Translations under genes and position numbers: made by a program | Shown: piece after piece, positions 47,669-58,456 of the stretch | Layout of the letters: each line of letters starts with the position of its first letter | How positions within the stretch are numbered: position 1 is the stretch's first letter | Assembly: GCA_037382325.1 (NCBI GenBank) | Contig: JARRQA010000005.1 | Coordinates: forward strand, 1-60,089 | Source of the DNA: Robiginitalea sp. | GTDB taxonomy: Bacteria; Bacteroidota; Bacteroidia; Flavobacteriales; Flavobacteriaceae | Direction of reading: 5' to 3' | Length of the DNA: 60,089 bases | The notes under the pieces: generated by a model | Database searches by the model: none | What the model was told of the DNA's origin: nothing | The model's input: the letters and a program-made list of their open reading frames with translations, nothing else

Positions 47669-47772
47669 TGGACGAATTTAGTTCGGTAAAAATAACACGC
47701 TGCAACAAAAGATTCTCATAAAGAATTCAAAAGATAGCAGAGTGCTTGGGAGATCCTTGGCTTCCACGGGAA

Positions 47773-48630
47773 TCAGCGGAAGGCGTCAAAGGGGAATGAT
47801 TCCTTCAGGCGAACGCCTTTTTCTGTTTCCTTCAAAGTACAGCATTCGTTGTGGGCGTCGTGCTCCAGAAACAGCACATAGTCCTGCTTCACCGCTTCTT
47901 CCAGAAACGAAGCCTTTTCCTCCAGGGTCAGCAAGGGACGTGTGTCATACCCCATCACATAAGGCAACGGAATATGGCCCGCTGTGGGAAGGAGGTCCGC
48001 CATAAAAACCAGGGTTTTATCCCCGTATTGAATATGGGGAATCATTTGTTTGTCCGTGTGCCCGTCCACATAAAGGATCCCAAAACCAAGAGGGCTTTTC
48101 TCCTGAAAGACCTCTCCTGTGCGCGGGATAAATTTGAGCTGCCCGCTTTCCTGCATGGGCAGGATGTTTTCCTTTAGGAAGGAGGCTTTCTCCCTGGCAT
48201 TGGGCTCTGTCGCCCACCTCCAGTGGTCCTCATTGGTCCAGAATACGGCATTTTTGAAAGCGGGTTCATAGCCCGTCCGGTCTTTGTTCCAGCGGATGGC
48301 ACCCCCGCAATGGTCAAAATGCAGGTGGGTGAGGAAAACGTCAGTGATATCGTCTCGGTGAAACCCGGCCTTTTTCAGGGAGTTGTCGAGCGAATGCGAA
48401 CCCCAGCGGTAGTAGTAACTGAAAAATTTCTCGGACTGTTTATTGCCCAGCCCGGCATCTATCAGGATCAGACGGTCCCCGTCCTCGATCAGCAGGCTTC
48501 TGGCGGCAATATCAATCATGTTGTTGGCGTCTGCCGGATTGGTCCGGGACCACAGGGTTTTGGGGACGACCCCAAACATGGCCCCTCCATCCAGCTTAAA
48601 ATTTCCGGTTTCAATCGGGTAAAGGGTCAT
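47773..48630 (-). CDS. MBL-fold metallo-hydrolase (YtnP-like)
   Basis: LDGGAMFGVVPK, THLHFDHCGG, GHT, MADL and EHD. Confidence 0.92.
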   Translation of the reverse strand: MTLYPIETGNFKLDGGAMFGVVPKTLWSRTNPADANNMIDIAARSLLIEDGDRLILIDAGLGNKQSEKFFSYYYRWGSHSLDNSLKKAGFHRDDITDVFLTHLHFDHCGGAIRWNKDRTGYEPAFKNAVFWTNEDHWRWATEPNAREKASFLKENILPMQESGQLKFIPRTGEVFQEKSPLGFGILYVDGHTDKQMIPHIQYGDKTLVFMADLLPTAGHIPLPYVMGYDTRPLLTLEEKASFLEEAVKQDYVLFLEHDAHNECCTLKETEKGVRLKESFPFDAFR

Positions 48631-48798
48631 AGTTAGCAGATTATGATCCGAAAATACAAATTGAGGCGCTGCCTGCTAAGCAACTGACCACTATTTTGCC
48701 TTACAACTACCGCCGGGGAGTTAAAACAATGAAAGATCGGGGCGGTCAGATAACGCTAAATCCCTATTTTTGGGATTCACCTGTCTGAAACCGACCGA

Positions 48799-50655
48799 AT
48801 GATTGAACTTGCCGGCATTGTAATTCTGGGCATCGTGGCACAATGGGTGGCCTGGAGGCTTAAGCTGCCGGCTATCCTGCCGCTTATCCTTATCGGCCTG
48901 CTGGTCGGCCCGATTTCCACGATGTATACCGAGGGCCATAAACTCATTGAGCCCGTCTGGAATGGAAAAAACGGCTTGTTTCCGGGGGAGGGCCTCTATA
49001 ATTTCGTCTCCCTGGCGATCAGCATCATCCTTTTTGAGGGCGGGCTGACCCTGAAGCGCTCCGAAGTATCCAACGTGGGGCCAGTAATAACCAAACTGAT
49101 CACCCTCGGAACAATTGTCACTTTTTTTGCCGCGGGGATCGCCGCCCACTTTATCATTGGCCTGAGCTGGAAGATTTCCTTTTTATTCAGCTCCCTGATC
49201 ATCGTTACCGGTCCCACAGTCATCACCCCTATTCTGCGGAACATCCCACTCAAGAAGGATTTGTCTGCTGTTCTGAAATGGGAAGGCATCCTGATAGACC
49301 CGATCGGGGCCCTGGTGGCAGTCCTTGTTTTTGAGTTCATCAGCGTGGGGGAGGGGCAGGAATACACCAAAACAGCCCTGGTCGAATTTGGAAAGATTTT
49401 GCTTTTTGGTTTCACCTTCGGCTTTACTTTTGCCCACGCCCTGGCCTTTGCCATCAAAAAGAACCTGATCCCACACTACCTGCTAAATGTAGTTTCGCTT
49501 TCTGTGGTCCTGCTGGTGTATATAGAATCAGATGTTTTTGCCCACGAATCCGGCCTGCTCGCAGTGGTCATCATGGGCCTTGTGATGGGCAACATGAACC
49601 TTCCGAACATCAAGGAGCTCCTTTATTTTAAGGAATCCCTTAGTGTGCTGCTGATCTCCATCCTGTTCATCCTGCTGGCGGCAAACATCAACCTGGAGGA
49701 CATGCAGCTTATCTACAACTGGCATACAGCCCTGTTATTCGCCATCATTGTCTTTCTGGTACGTCCCCTGGGAGTCTTCCTGAGTGCCTATGGATCGGGC
49801 CTCAAGACCCGTGAAAAAATATTTATTGGATGGGTGGGACCCAGAGGTATTGTGGCTGCGGGTATCGCTTCGCTTTTTGGTTCCAAGCTGATTGCCAGGG
49901 GGGAGCCGGGGGCGGAATACATCACCCCGCTGGTGTTTACGGTTGTGCTTGGAACGGTCCTTTTAAACGCCACCACGGCCCGCCCCTTTGCGAAACTGGT
50001 CGGCGTGTTCCTGGAGAAATCCGAAGGCATCCTCATCGTGGGGTCTTCCCGGGTGTCGCGCCTCATCGGGCGGTACCTGCAGCGCAACAACCGGCACGTG
50101 GTCCTTATAGACAACAACCAGAGCAATATCGACAAGGCCAAGAAGCTGGGGCTGGAAGCCTTTTCGGCGGACATATACTCGGATACCCTGACGGACAACA
50201 TCGAGCTGAACGATGTGGGATACCTCATCGCCATGACGGCCAACTCCGACATCAATAAATTCGCCATAAATCAATTCCGGGACCAGTTCGGGGAAAACGG
50301 TTCCTTTCGTATTGTGGACAGTGATGAGATGAATGACCCCGAGAACGCCCAGCGCCCCGGGCTCTTTTTGTATACTCATGACTTTGTCAAGCTGATGGAT
50401 GCTGTCCGGAAAAACCCGGTTATCCACGAACAGGAAATCAAGGATTTCGCCCATTTTCAGGAGCTTTACGGTAAAACAAAGGCGGATGATGACATCGTCT
50501 CCCTCTTTCTGAAATCCCCGGACGGGGAACTGCATATCATCCCGGCTTTCTTAAAGGAAAACAAAGAAATTACCGATGGCTTTAAACTGGTCTACATGGG
50601 AAGGGCCATGGATTCGGACCAGGATGAAGAAGAGGCGGTGGCATTACCAGAATAG
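48799..50655 (+). CDS. CPA1 (NhaP-type) cation:proton antiporter with an RCK/TrkA-N-like C-terminal domain
   Basis: IILFEGGL, TGPTVITP, WEGILIDP, ESGLLAV and PRGIVAA, followed by a soluble Rossmann-like domain. Confidence 0.92.
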   Translation: MIELAGIVILGIVAQWVAWRLKLPAILPLILIGLLVGPISTMYTEGHKLIEPVWNGKNGLFPGEGLYNFVSLAISIILFEGGLTLKRSEVSNVGPVITKLITLGTIVTFFAAGIAAHFIIGLSWKISFLFSSLIIVTGPTVITPILRNIPLKKDLSAVLKWEGILIDPIGALVAVLVFEFISVGEGQEYTKTALVEFGKILLFGFTFGFTFAHALAFAIKKNLIPHYLLNVVSLSVVLLVYIESDVFAHESGLLAVVIMGLVMGNMNLPNIKELLYFKESLSVLLISILFILLAANINLEDMQLIYNWHTALLFAIIVFLVRPLGVFLSAYGSGLKTREKIFIGWVGPRGIVAAGIASLFGSKLIARGEPGAEYITPLVFTVVLGTVLLNATTARPFAKLVGVFLEKSEGILIVGSSRVSRLIGRYLQRNNRHVVLIDNNQSNIDKAKKLGLEAFSADIYSDTLTDNIELNDVGYLIAMTANSDINKFAINQFRDQFGENGSFRIVDSDEMNDPENAQRPGLFLYTHDFVKLMDAVRKNPVIHEQEIKDFAHFQELYGKTKADDDIVSLFLKSPDGELHIIPAFLKENKEITDGFKLVYMGRAMDSDQDEEEAVALPE

Positions 50656-50678
50656 CCCAAAGCCCGCAAAAGGCAAGG

Positions 50679-52475
50679 TTAATCGTTCAGCTTGAGGACC
50701 GCCATAAAGGCCTGCTGTGGAATTTCCACATTTCCTACCTGCCGCATGCGTTTTTTCCATTTCTTCTGCTTTTCCAGGAACTTGCGCTTCCGGGAGATAT
50801 CCCCCCCGTAACATTTGGCCGTTACATCCTTGCGAAGGGCCTTGATGGTTTCCCGCGAGATAATCTTGGCCCCGATCGCGGCCTGTATGGGAATGTCGAA
50901 TTGCTGGCGGGGGATCAGCTCTTTGAGCTTTTCACACATTTTTTTGCCGATGTGGTAAGCGTTGTCAAAGTGGACCAGGGCGGAAAGCGCATCCACCATC
51001 TGCCCGTTGAGCAGGATATCCACCCGCACGAGTTTTGATTCCCGCATGCCGATTGGGGCATAGTCAAAAGAGGCGTAACCCCTGGAAACGGTCTTAAGCC
51101 GGTCGTAGAAATCAAAAACGATCTCTGCAAGAGGCATGTCAAAGGTGAGCTCCACCCGATCCTGGGTCAGATACGTCTGATTGGTAATCTGCCCGCGTTT
51201 GTCTATGCAGAGGGACATGACATTACCCACGTAGTCCGCCTTTGTAATGATGGTTGCCTTGATGTAGGGTTCTTCCACCCGCTCCAGGGAAGATGGCTCG
51301 GGAAGGTCAGAAGGGTTGTTGACGATCACAGCCGTTTCCGGCTCCTTTTTGGTGTAGGCATAATAACTCACGTTTGGCACCGTGGTGATCACGGTCATGT
51401 CGAATTCCCGTTCAAGGCGCTCCTGTATAATCTCCATGTGGAGCATGCCCAGGAACCCGCATCGGAAGCCGAAGCCAAGGGCCGCACTGCTCTCCGGGGT
51501 AAACACCAGGGAAGCGTCGTTTAGCTGGAGTTTTTCCATGGAAGCCCGGAGTTCTTCAAAATCCTCTGTGTCCACCGGGTAGATCCCTGCGAATACCATG
51601 GGCTTGACATCTTCAAACCCGGCTATGGCTTTTTCTGTTGGGTTGGCGGCATCGGTGATGGTGTCCCCCACTTTGACCTCCCGGGCATCCTTGATCCCGG
51701 TGATCAGGTACCCGACATCCCCTGCGGAAATGACCTTCTTGGGAACCTGTTTCAGGTGGAGGGTGCCTACTTCATCCGCTTCATAGGATTTCCCGGTTGC
51801 CAAAAACTTGATGCGCTGGCCTTTGCGGATTTCTCCATTCATCACGCGGAAATAGGTTTCCACCCCTCTGAACGGATTGTAAACGGAATCAAAAACCAAT
51901 GCCTGAAGTGGTGCTTTGGGATCCCCTTGCGGAGCCGGAATGCGATCGATAATGGCCTTGAGGATTTCATCGATTCCCAGTCCGGTTTTTGCGCTGGCCG
52001 GGATGACCTCTTCGGGGTCGCAGCCCAGCAGGTCCACGATATCGTCAGTAACCTCTTCGGGACTGGCGCTCGGCAGGTCAATTTTGTTCAAAACCGGAAT
52101 GATTTCCAGGTCATTTTCGAGTGCGAGGTATAGGTTCGAGATGGTCTGAGCCTGTATGCTCTGAGCGGCATCCACGACCAGCAGAGCCCCTTCACACGCT
52201 GCAATAGAGCGGGAAACCTCATATGAAAAATCCACATGGCCGGGAGTGTCGATCAGGTTCAGGACATAGGTTTCTCCCTCATGGGGATACACCATCTGGA
52301 TCGCATGACTTTTAATGGTGATGCCGCGCTCGCGCTCCAGGTCCATACTATCCAGCAACTGGTCCTGCTTTTCCCGTTCGGTCACGGATCCGGTGAAGTC
52401 CAAAAGGCGATCCGCCAGGGTGCTTTTCCCGTGATCGATGTGGGCGATAATGCAGAAATTCCGAATGTTTTTCAT
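50679..52475 (-). CDS. lepA: Elongation factor 4 (LepA)
   Basis: [33 protein letters not shown] and [20 protein letters not shown] element at 52492-52499 (-). Confidence 0.98.
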   Translation of the reverse strand: MKNIRNFCIIAHIDHGKSTLADRLLDFTGSVTEREKQDQLLDSMDLERERGITIKSHAIQMVYPHEGETYVLNLIDTPGHVDFSYEVSRSIAACEGALLVVDAAQSIQAQTISNLYLALENDLEIIPVLNKIDLPSASPEEVTDDIVDLLGCDPEEVIPASAKTGLGIDEILKAIIDRIPAPQGDPKAPLQALVFDSVYNPFRGVETYFRVMNGEIRKGQRIKFLATGKSYEADEVGTLHLKQVPKKVISAGDVGYLITGIKDAREVKVGDTITDAANPTEKAIAGFEDVKPMVFAGIYPVDTEDFEELRASMEKLQLNDASLVFTPESSAALGFGFRCGFLGMLHMEIIQERLEREFDMTVITTVPNVSYYAYTKKEPETAVIVNNPSDLPEPSSLERVEEPYIKATIITKADYVGNVMSLCIDKRGQITNQTYLTQDRVELTFDMPLAEIVFDFYDRLKTVSRGYASFDYAPIGMRESKLVRVDILLNGQMVDALSALVHFDNAYHIGKKMCEKLKELIPRQQFDIPIQAAIGAKIISRETIKALRKDVTAKCYGGDISRKRKFLEKQKKWKKRMRQVGNVEIPQQAFMAVLKLND

Positions 52476-52512
52476 ACCTGGAAATAGGCTGCAAAGATAG
52501 CGGAAATAGGGA

Positions 52513-53619
52513 TCAATCCTGCCATTCTGCTATAAACAAATTCGTGTCCCGGGTGCCGCCGTTATTTCGGTTACTGGAAAAGATGAGGTGTTTCCCGTCA
52601 TTGGAAAAAACAGGAAAGGCGTCAAAGGTCTTCCCATGGGTAACCCTCTCGAGGTTCGTCCCGTCGGTGTTGATCATATACAGGTTAAACGGGAACCCCC
52701 CTTCTGCTTCAAAATTACTGGAAAACAAGATCTTGTCACCATCCGGGTGAAAAAACGGACTCCAGTTGGCATTGCCCAGGTAGGTGAGTTGCCTGAGGTC
52801 ACTCCCATCTGCATTGCAGATAAAAAGCTCCATATTGGTGGGTTGCACAAGTCCACGCTCCAGTAAGTCCCTGTATTCCGCTATTTCAGCTTCTGTTTTC
52901 GGTCGGGAAGCCCTGAAAATAATTTTAGTCCCGTCAGGTGAGAAAAAAGCACCCCCGTCATACCCCAGCTCATCGGTGATCTGGACAACCCCGCTTCCGT
53001 CCAGGTTCATGGTGTAAAGCTCCAGATCGCCGCTTCGGTCTGAAGTAAACACGATTTTGTCCCCTTGAGGAGAAATGGTGGCTTCGGCATCGTAGCCGGG
53101 TTCTTCGGTGAGCTGGGCAGTGATATTACCCTGCAGGTCTGCAACGAAAATATCGAAGGAGTCATAGACCGGCCATACGTAATTCCCGTTCTCCCGCAGG
53201 GGCACCTCCGGGCAGGCCTCCCCGGCCAGATGGGTAGAAGCATAGAGGATATGGGCATTGTCGGGCAGGAAATACCCGCAGGTAGTCCGACCCATCCCGG
53301 TACTCAGCATCGGAGGCTTTCGGTCCTTAAAGGTTTCACCCACCTGCATCAGGAACATCTGGTCGCATTCTACCCCCCAGTCGCTAAAATTGGACTGAAA
53401 GATGACCATGCTGTCATCAAAACTCCAGTAGGCTTCTGCATTGTCTCCTCCAAAGGTTATCTGACGGATTGATTTGAAGTGCTTCTCTCCGGGATAAATA
53501 AGGGTGTCGGAAGACATGGCCATGGGGCTGTCAGCTCCTTCGGGTGCGGCCTCCTTTTTAGCTTCGTTTTTGCAGGCGGCGAGCAGAATGAAAAACAGGG
53601 AAAAAGTAAGTATTCTCAT
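52513..53619 (-). CDS. TolB-like PD40 beta-propeller lipoprotein
   Basis: LAAC lipobox from ATG 53619; [37 protein letters not shown] and FDAFPVFS repeats. Confidence 0.88.
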   Translation of the reverse strand: MRILTFSLFFILLAACKNEAKKEAAPEGADSPMAMSSDTLIYPGEKHFKSIRQITFGGDNAEAYWSFDDSMVIFQSNFSDWGVECDQMFLMQVGETFKDRKPPMLSTGMGRTTCGYFLPDNAHILYASTHLAGEACPEVPLRENGNYVWPVYDSFDIFVADLQGNITAQLTEEPGYDAEATISPQGDKIVFTSDRSGDLELYTMNLDGSGVVQITDELGYDGGAFFSPDGTKIIFRASRPKTEAEIAEYRDLLERGLVQPTNMELFICNADGSDLRQLTYLGNANWSPFFHPDGDKILFSSNFEAEGGFPFNLYMINTDGTNLERVTHGKTFDAFPVFSNDGKHLIFSSNRNNGGTRDTNLFIAEWQD

Positions 53620-53643
53620 AGTTCGGTATAATCTTAGGTTGTG

Positions 53644-53660
53644 TACTTTTGACAAAAATA
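53644..53660. promoter_or_regulatory. Two adjacent, oppositely oriented -7 promoter elements
   Basis: TACTTTTG (+, 53644-53651) for the M28 gene and TATTTTTG (-, 53653-53660) for the TolB-like gene. Confidence 0.55.
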
Positions 53661-53670
53661 GACGCTACAC

Positions 53671-54900
53671 ATGAAGTTCATTGCTTTTTTTCTAGGAATT
53701 CTTTTGATAAGCTTCGGATGCAGGGAGCATAAAACCCAGGAGGTAACCCTTCAGGAAGATGTACATATCCTCGCCAGCGATTCTCTAATGGGTCGGGAAA
53801 CTGGCAGGGAAGGTGCCGACATGGCCGCGGCCTATCTCGAAGGCCGGATGCGGGATCTCGGACTGAAGCCTTTCGATGCGGATGGGGACTATCTTCAGGA
53901 TTTCAGCTTTCGGCCCAAGACGGATCCGCATTCCCAGGTGGAATACGGAGCGGCCTCGGATAGCAGTCTTCAGGCCAAAAACCTGCTTGGATATATTGAC
54001 AACGGCGGTTCCCGGACGGTCATTCTTGGGGCTCATTACGACCATCTGGGGATGGGGAGCGAGGGCTCCCTCTACCGTGGGGAATCCGCCATACACAATG
54101 GCGCGGACGACAATGCCAGCGGGGTAGCTACTTTGCTGAAACTGGCCAATATGATCCGGGAATGGCCGGAGGCCAAAGACAATTACCTCATTATCCTGTT
54201 TTCAGGAGAGGAAACAGGACTTCTCGGATCCAACTTCTTTGTCAAAAACCCGCCACTGGACCTGGATCAGGTCGCCTATATGATCAACCTCGATATGGTC
54301 GGAAGGCTCAGGGAAGACAAAACCCTTTCTGTGAGCGGTACAGGGACCACGCCTATATGGCCACAGCTTCTCAACTCCCTGAACCCGGGATTTAAACTGG
54401 TGCTGAATGAATCCGGGGTAGGCCCCTCAGACCACACTTCTTTTTACCTGCAGGATATTCCGGTGCTTCATTTCTTTACAGGGCAGCACGAGGATTACCA
54501 CAAACCCTCAGATGATGCAGAAAAGTTGAATTACGAAGGGATGCAGGAGATTGCCAACTATCTTTTTGACCTGGTAAAGTCCATGGAATCACAGGAGGAA
54601 ATTGCTTTCAGGAAAACAAAGAACGAGAGCGAAGAGACCCCCCGGTTTAAAGTCACTTTAGGAGTGATACCGGATTATCTCTTCAGCGGAGAGGGGATGC
54701 GCATAGACGGGGTAAGCGAGGACCGGCCTGCGCAAAAGGCCGGACTGCAGAAAGGAGATATTGTACTGCAACTGGGAGACAGCACCATTGTGGACATGAT
54801 GAGCTATATGCGCGCCTTGTCCAGTTTTGAAGAGGGGCAGACCACCACTGTTGTTGTGGAACGGAACGGAGAAAAAGTGTCTGCAGAGGTCACCTTTTAG
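53671..54900 (+). CDS. M28-family peptidase with a C-terminal PDZ domain (lipoprotein)
   Basis: GAHYDHLG, NGADDNASG, FSGEETGLLGS, NLDMVGR, SDH and YH. PDZ motifs LGVIPD and PAQKAGL. Confidence 0.93.
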   Translation: MKFIAFFLGILLISFGCREHKTQEVTLQEDVHILASDSLMGRETGREGADMAAAYLEGRMRDLGLKPFDADGDYLQDFSFRPKTDPHSQVEYGAASDSSLQAKNLLGYIDNGGSRTVILGAHYDHLGMGSEGSLYRGESAIHNGADDNASGVATLLKLANMIREWPEAKDNYLIILFSGEETGLLGSNFFVKNPPLDLDQVAYMINLDMVGRLREDKTLSVSGTGTTPIWPQLLNSLNPGFKLVLNESGVGPSDHTSFYLQDIPVLHFFTGQHEDYHKPSDDAEKLNYEGMQEIANYLFDLVKSMESQEEIAFRKTKNESEETPRFKVTLGVIPDYLFSGEGMRIDGVSEDRPAQKAGLQKGDIVLQLGDSTIVDMMSYMRALSSFEEGQTTTVVVERNGEKVSAEVTF

Positions 54901-54994
54901 CAGCCCGCCCCGATCCGGTCAGGGAACGCCTATGCGGCATCCTACAAATTCCTGTAAGAAAAAATTTATAGCTTTAGCCCAGGCCTGCACAAAT

Positions 54995-57406
54995 GTGAAG
55001 CAACAAATCCTGTTTTTATTAGGCTTGCTGCCCCTTGCCTTAATCAGCCAAACCTATCAGATTTCCGGTTCCGTCAGGGATATGGAAGGGGCCCCTCTAC
55101 CCTGTGCCAACGTACTGCTCCTGAAGGCTTCTGACAGCCTTCAGGTAAGGGGTGCCTCGGCAGATGATGAGGGGCAGTTTACCCTGAGGCAGGTGCCGCC
55201 CGACCTGTACTATCTTAAAGCAACGTATTTCGGGTACGGTTCAATTCTGGTGCCCCTCGAGGTGCGTTCGGATATCCGCATAGGCGCATTGGTCCTGGAA
55301 CCGGACGAAAACACCCTGGAAGAAGTAGTGGTGACCGGTCAGCGGCCAACGGTGGAGCGCAGGGCAGACCGGATTGTTTTCAACGTGGAGAATACGGTCA
55401 TGAGTGAAGGGAGTACCTGGGACATCCTCCGGAATGCCCCTGGCGTCATTGTGGTACAGGAAAACCTGGAGATACGGGGCCAGCAGGCCACTGTGTACCT
55501 GAATGACCGCAAGGTGCAGCTGAGCCAGGATGAAATCCTCGATTTGCTCAAAGGCCTGTCCGGAGATGTGATTTCTTCCGTTGAGGTGATCCCCATGCCT
55601 CCTGCCAGTTTTGAGGCCGATGACGGACCGGTGCTCAACATCCGGACCCGCCAGAATATCGTGCCCGGATATACGGGCAGTGTTCGCGGGCAGTATATTC
55701 AAGCGGTGTTTCCAAAATACAGTTTTGGAACCAGCCATTATTACAAGTCGGGCAAGGTGGGTGTTTTTGCCAACTATACCATCAACCCACGCAAGGAATT
55801 TAAGGATACCGAGAGTGCGATAAATTTCATCGACGACGAGCAGGAGGTTTTTGCCCGCTGGAACACGGATATGGAAAGGATCAGCCGGTCTCTGGACCAA
55901 CAGGCTTCCCTGATCCTGGATTACAGTCCTTCCGAAAGGGACCAGCTAAACCTCACCTCAAACGTAAGTCTATCCCCCAACCACCTGAAATCATACGACC
56001 TGGAAACCATAATGCGGGATGCGTCCGGGACGGTCGATTCCACCCTGCGGACTCTGACCGACCTGGAAGACGACCGGCTGAATATTTCTTTCGACCTGAA
56101 TTACGAACGTAAACTGAAGAAAGAAGGGGCGACACTTAAAGCCAACGCCCACAATACTTTTTACGAGCTCACCCGTATTCAAAAGGGAAACAGCGATTAC
56201 TTTGATCCTTCCGGGACCTTCCTGCGCAACTTTACCTTCGCCACGGACGCCTTTCAGGACATCGACATTTTCACCTCACAGGCGGACTATTATTCGCCCA
56301 TTCATTCAGGAAGTATAGAGGGGGGGATTAAAGGATCTTTTATTCGATCCGGCAGTCGCATAGATTACCTGGACGTAAACGACACCCAGCCCCCTTTTGA
56401 CATTGCCCTGTCCGACCGATTTACCTATGATGAAGCGGTTTTTGCCGCCTATGCCAGCCTGAACAAAAACTGGGAACCATGGACCCTTAAAGTGGGCCTC
56501 CGGGCGGAGCAGACCGAAGTGAAGGCAGCGTCGCAAACCCTTGATGAAATCAACCGGCAGAGTTACCTGGAGTTTTTCCCCTCCCTCTTTTTTTCCAGGG
56601 CGCTGGGGGACGACCACAGCCTGGCCCTCACCTACAACCGGAGGCTGACGCGACCGAACTACCAGGACCTGAACCCTTTTCGTTTTTTCCTCAACGAAAA
56701 CGACTTCGACGAGGGGAATCCCAACCTGGTGCCTAACTTCAGTCATAACTTCAACCTGAACTGGACGATTAGAAACACCTTTTTCATCGATCTGTACTAC
56801 CGCGACAACGGTCGTTATATCAGTACGCTCAGCTTTCAGGACAACGAGAACCAGACCCTGCGGCAAATCAACCAGAATGTGGAGAGCAGTTACTCCTACG
56901 GCCTGGATTTTACGGTAGCCACCACCCTCACCCCTTTTTGGTACGTGTATTCCTATAATTCGGTTTTTTATGAGGACGAAACCTTTCTGGCGGAAGAGAG
57001 CAACATAGAGACCTACACCAATCAGGTAACCGGGTTTTACGGATATCTGAACAACTCTTTTACCCTTTCCAAAGATGGCAGCCTTACCGCTGAGGCCTCC
57101 ATTCTCTACCTGAGCGGCTTTATAAACGGCACCTATAAAATGTCTGAAACGACCACCCTGAATGTGGGGTTGCGCAAAACCCTTTGGGACGGGAGGGCTG
57201 TGGTGTCCCTGGTAGGGGAGGATCTATTAGGCAGGGCCAATGCCACCTACACCACCCGGTATGCCAACCAGGACAATTCTTTTTACGCCCGGCCCGAAAC
57301 CCGTTTTGTTCGTCTTGGCTTCACTTACAACCTCGGAAATTTCAGGCTTAAGAACCGGGCTTTGGATGAACAGAAGAGCGAGCTCCAACGCATTGAAGAT
57401 GAATAA
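54995..57406 (+). CDS. TonB-dependent-receptor-like outer membrane beta-barrel protein with a carboxypeptidase-regulatory-like N-domain
   Basis: GTG start with a signal peptide, ISGSV.D, LEEVVVTG, plug region APGV, GLRAEQT, RPNYQDLNPF, GNPNL and a terminal FTYNLG strand. Confidence 0.85.
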   Translation: MKQQILFLLGLLPLALISQTYQISGSVRDMEGAPLPCANVLLLKASDSLQVRGASADDEGQFTLRQVPPDLYYLKATYFGYGSILVPLEVRSDIRIGALVLEPDENTLEEVVVTGQRPTVERRADRIVFNVENTVMSEGSTWDILRNAPGVIVVQENLEIRGQQATVYLNDRKVQLSQDEILDLLKGLSGDVISSVEVIPMPPASFEADDGPVLNIRTRQNIVPGYTGSVRGQYIQAVFPKYSFGTSHYYKSGKVGVFANYTINPRKEFKDTESAINFIDDEQEVFARWNTDMERISRSLDQQASLILDYSPSERDQLNLTSNVSLSPNHLKSYDLETIMRDASGTVDSTLRTLTDLEDDRLNISFDLNYERKLKKEGATLKANAHNTFYELTRIQKGNSDYFDPSGTFLRNFTFATDAFQDIDIFTSQADYYSPIHSGSIEGGIKGSFIRSGSRIDYLDVNDTQPPFDIALSDRFTYDEAVFAAYASLNKNWEPWTLKVGLRAEQTEVKAASQTLDEINRQSYLEFFPSLFFSRALGDDHSLALTYNRRLTRPNYQDLNPFRFFLNENDFDEGNPNLVPNFSHNFNLNWTIRNTFFIDLYYRDNGRYISTLSFQDNENQTLRQINQNVESSYSYGLDFTVATTLTPFWYVYSYNSVFYEDETFLAEESNIETYTNQVTGFYGYLNNSFTLSKDGSLTAEASILYLSGFINGTYKMSETTTLNVGLRKTLWDGRAVVSLVGEDLLGRANATYTTRYANQDNSFYARPETRFVRLGFTYNLGNFRLKNRALDEQKSELQRIEDE

Positions 57407-57432
57407 CTTCCGCCCGATTCTGTCTTTATTTG

Positions 57433-57440
57433 TAATTTTG
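57433..57440 (+). promoter_or_regulatory. -7 promoter element for dusB
   Basis: TAATTTTG ends 19 nt before the ATG. Confidence 0.6.
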
Positions 57441-57459
57441 CCTTCCTAAAAGCCTGAGA

Positions 57460-58455
57460 ATGCCAAAAATCGGCACTATAGAACTTCCGGACTTTCCGCT
57501 GCTGCTCGCCCCAATGGAGGATGTGAGTGACCCGCCGTTCCGCACCCTCTGCAAGGAACAGGGCGCCGATGTAATGTACACGGAATTTATCTCCTCAGAA
57601 GGATTGATCCGCGATGCCGCCAAAAGCGTGATCAAGCTGGATATTTATGAAAAAGAGCGCCCCATTGGCATCCAGATTTTTGGAGCTGAACTGGACTCAA
57701 TGCTGCAGGCGGTGGACATTGTTACGGAAACCAACCCGGACATCATTGACATCAATTTTGGCTGTCCGGTAAAAAAAGTCGTTTGCAAAAACGCCGGAGC
57801 CGGCATCCTCAGGGATATCCCGTTAATGGTGAAACTAACTGAAGCCCTGGTCAAACGAACCCACCTGCCGGTTACCGTAAAGACCCGCCTCGGGTGGGAT
57901 AACGACTCCATCAGGATCGTGGAGGTGGCAGAAAGGCTGCAGGATGTGGGGATAAAAGCCATTTCCATCCACGGGCGGACCCGGGTACAGATGTATAAGG
58001 GAACCGCTGACTGGCACCCTATCGCCGAGGTGAAGAACAACCCGCGTATGCATATCCCTGTCTTTGGCAACGGGGATGTGGACAGCCCGGAAGCCGCAGT
58101 GCGGATGCGGGATGAATTCGGGCTGGATGGTGCCATGATCGGAAGGGCCTCCATTGGCTATCCCTGGTTCTTCCGGGAGGTAAAACATTATATAGAAACC
58201 GGGGAACACCTGCCCCCGCCCACCATGGCCCAACGCGTCGAGGCAGCCCGCAGGCATCTGCAGATGGCTATTGACTGGAAGGGTGAAAAGCTCGGGGTTC
58301 TCGAAACACGACGGCACTATTCGAATTACTTCAAAGGAATCCCGAATTTCAAACCTTACCGGATGAAAATGGTCACCAGTGATGAGGCGGCGGATGTTTT
58401 TGCTGCCCTTGAGGAGGCTCAGGAAGCGTTTTCAGACCACGTCTTTGTGGGATAG
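57460..58455 (+). CDS. dusB: tRNA dihydrouridine synthase B
   Basis: LAPMEDVSD, IDINFGCP, TVKTRLGW, IHGRT, GNGD and MIGRA. Confidence 0.95.
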   Translation: MPKIGTIELPDFPLLLAPMEDVSDPPFRTLCKEQGADVMYTEFISSEGLIRDAAKSVIKLDIYEKERPIGIQIFGAELDSMLQAVDIVTETNPDIIDINFGCPVKKVVCKNAGAGILRDIPLMVKLTEALVKRTHLPVTVKTRLGWDNDSIRIVEVAERLQDVGIKAISIHGRTRVQMYKGTADWHPIAEVKNNPRMHIPVFGNGDVDSPEAAVRMRDEFGLDGAMIGRASIGYPWFFREVKHYIETGEHLPPPTMAQRVEAARRHLQMAIDWKGEKLGVLETRRHYSNYFKGIPNFKPYRMKMVTSDEAADVFAALEEAQEAFSDHVFVG

Positions 58456-58456
58456 T

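Noticed and set aside
54827-54994. N-terminal extension of the beta-barrel ORF
   Set aside because: It overlaps the M28 gene and lacks signal-peptide character; GTG at 54995 gives a normal signal peptide.
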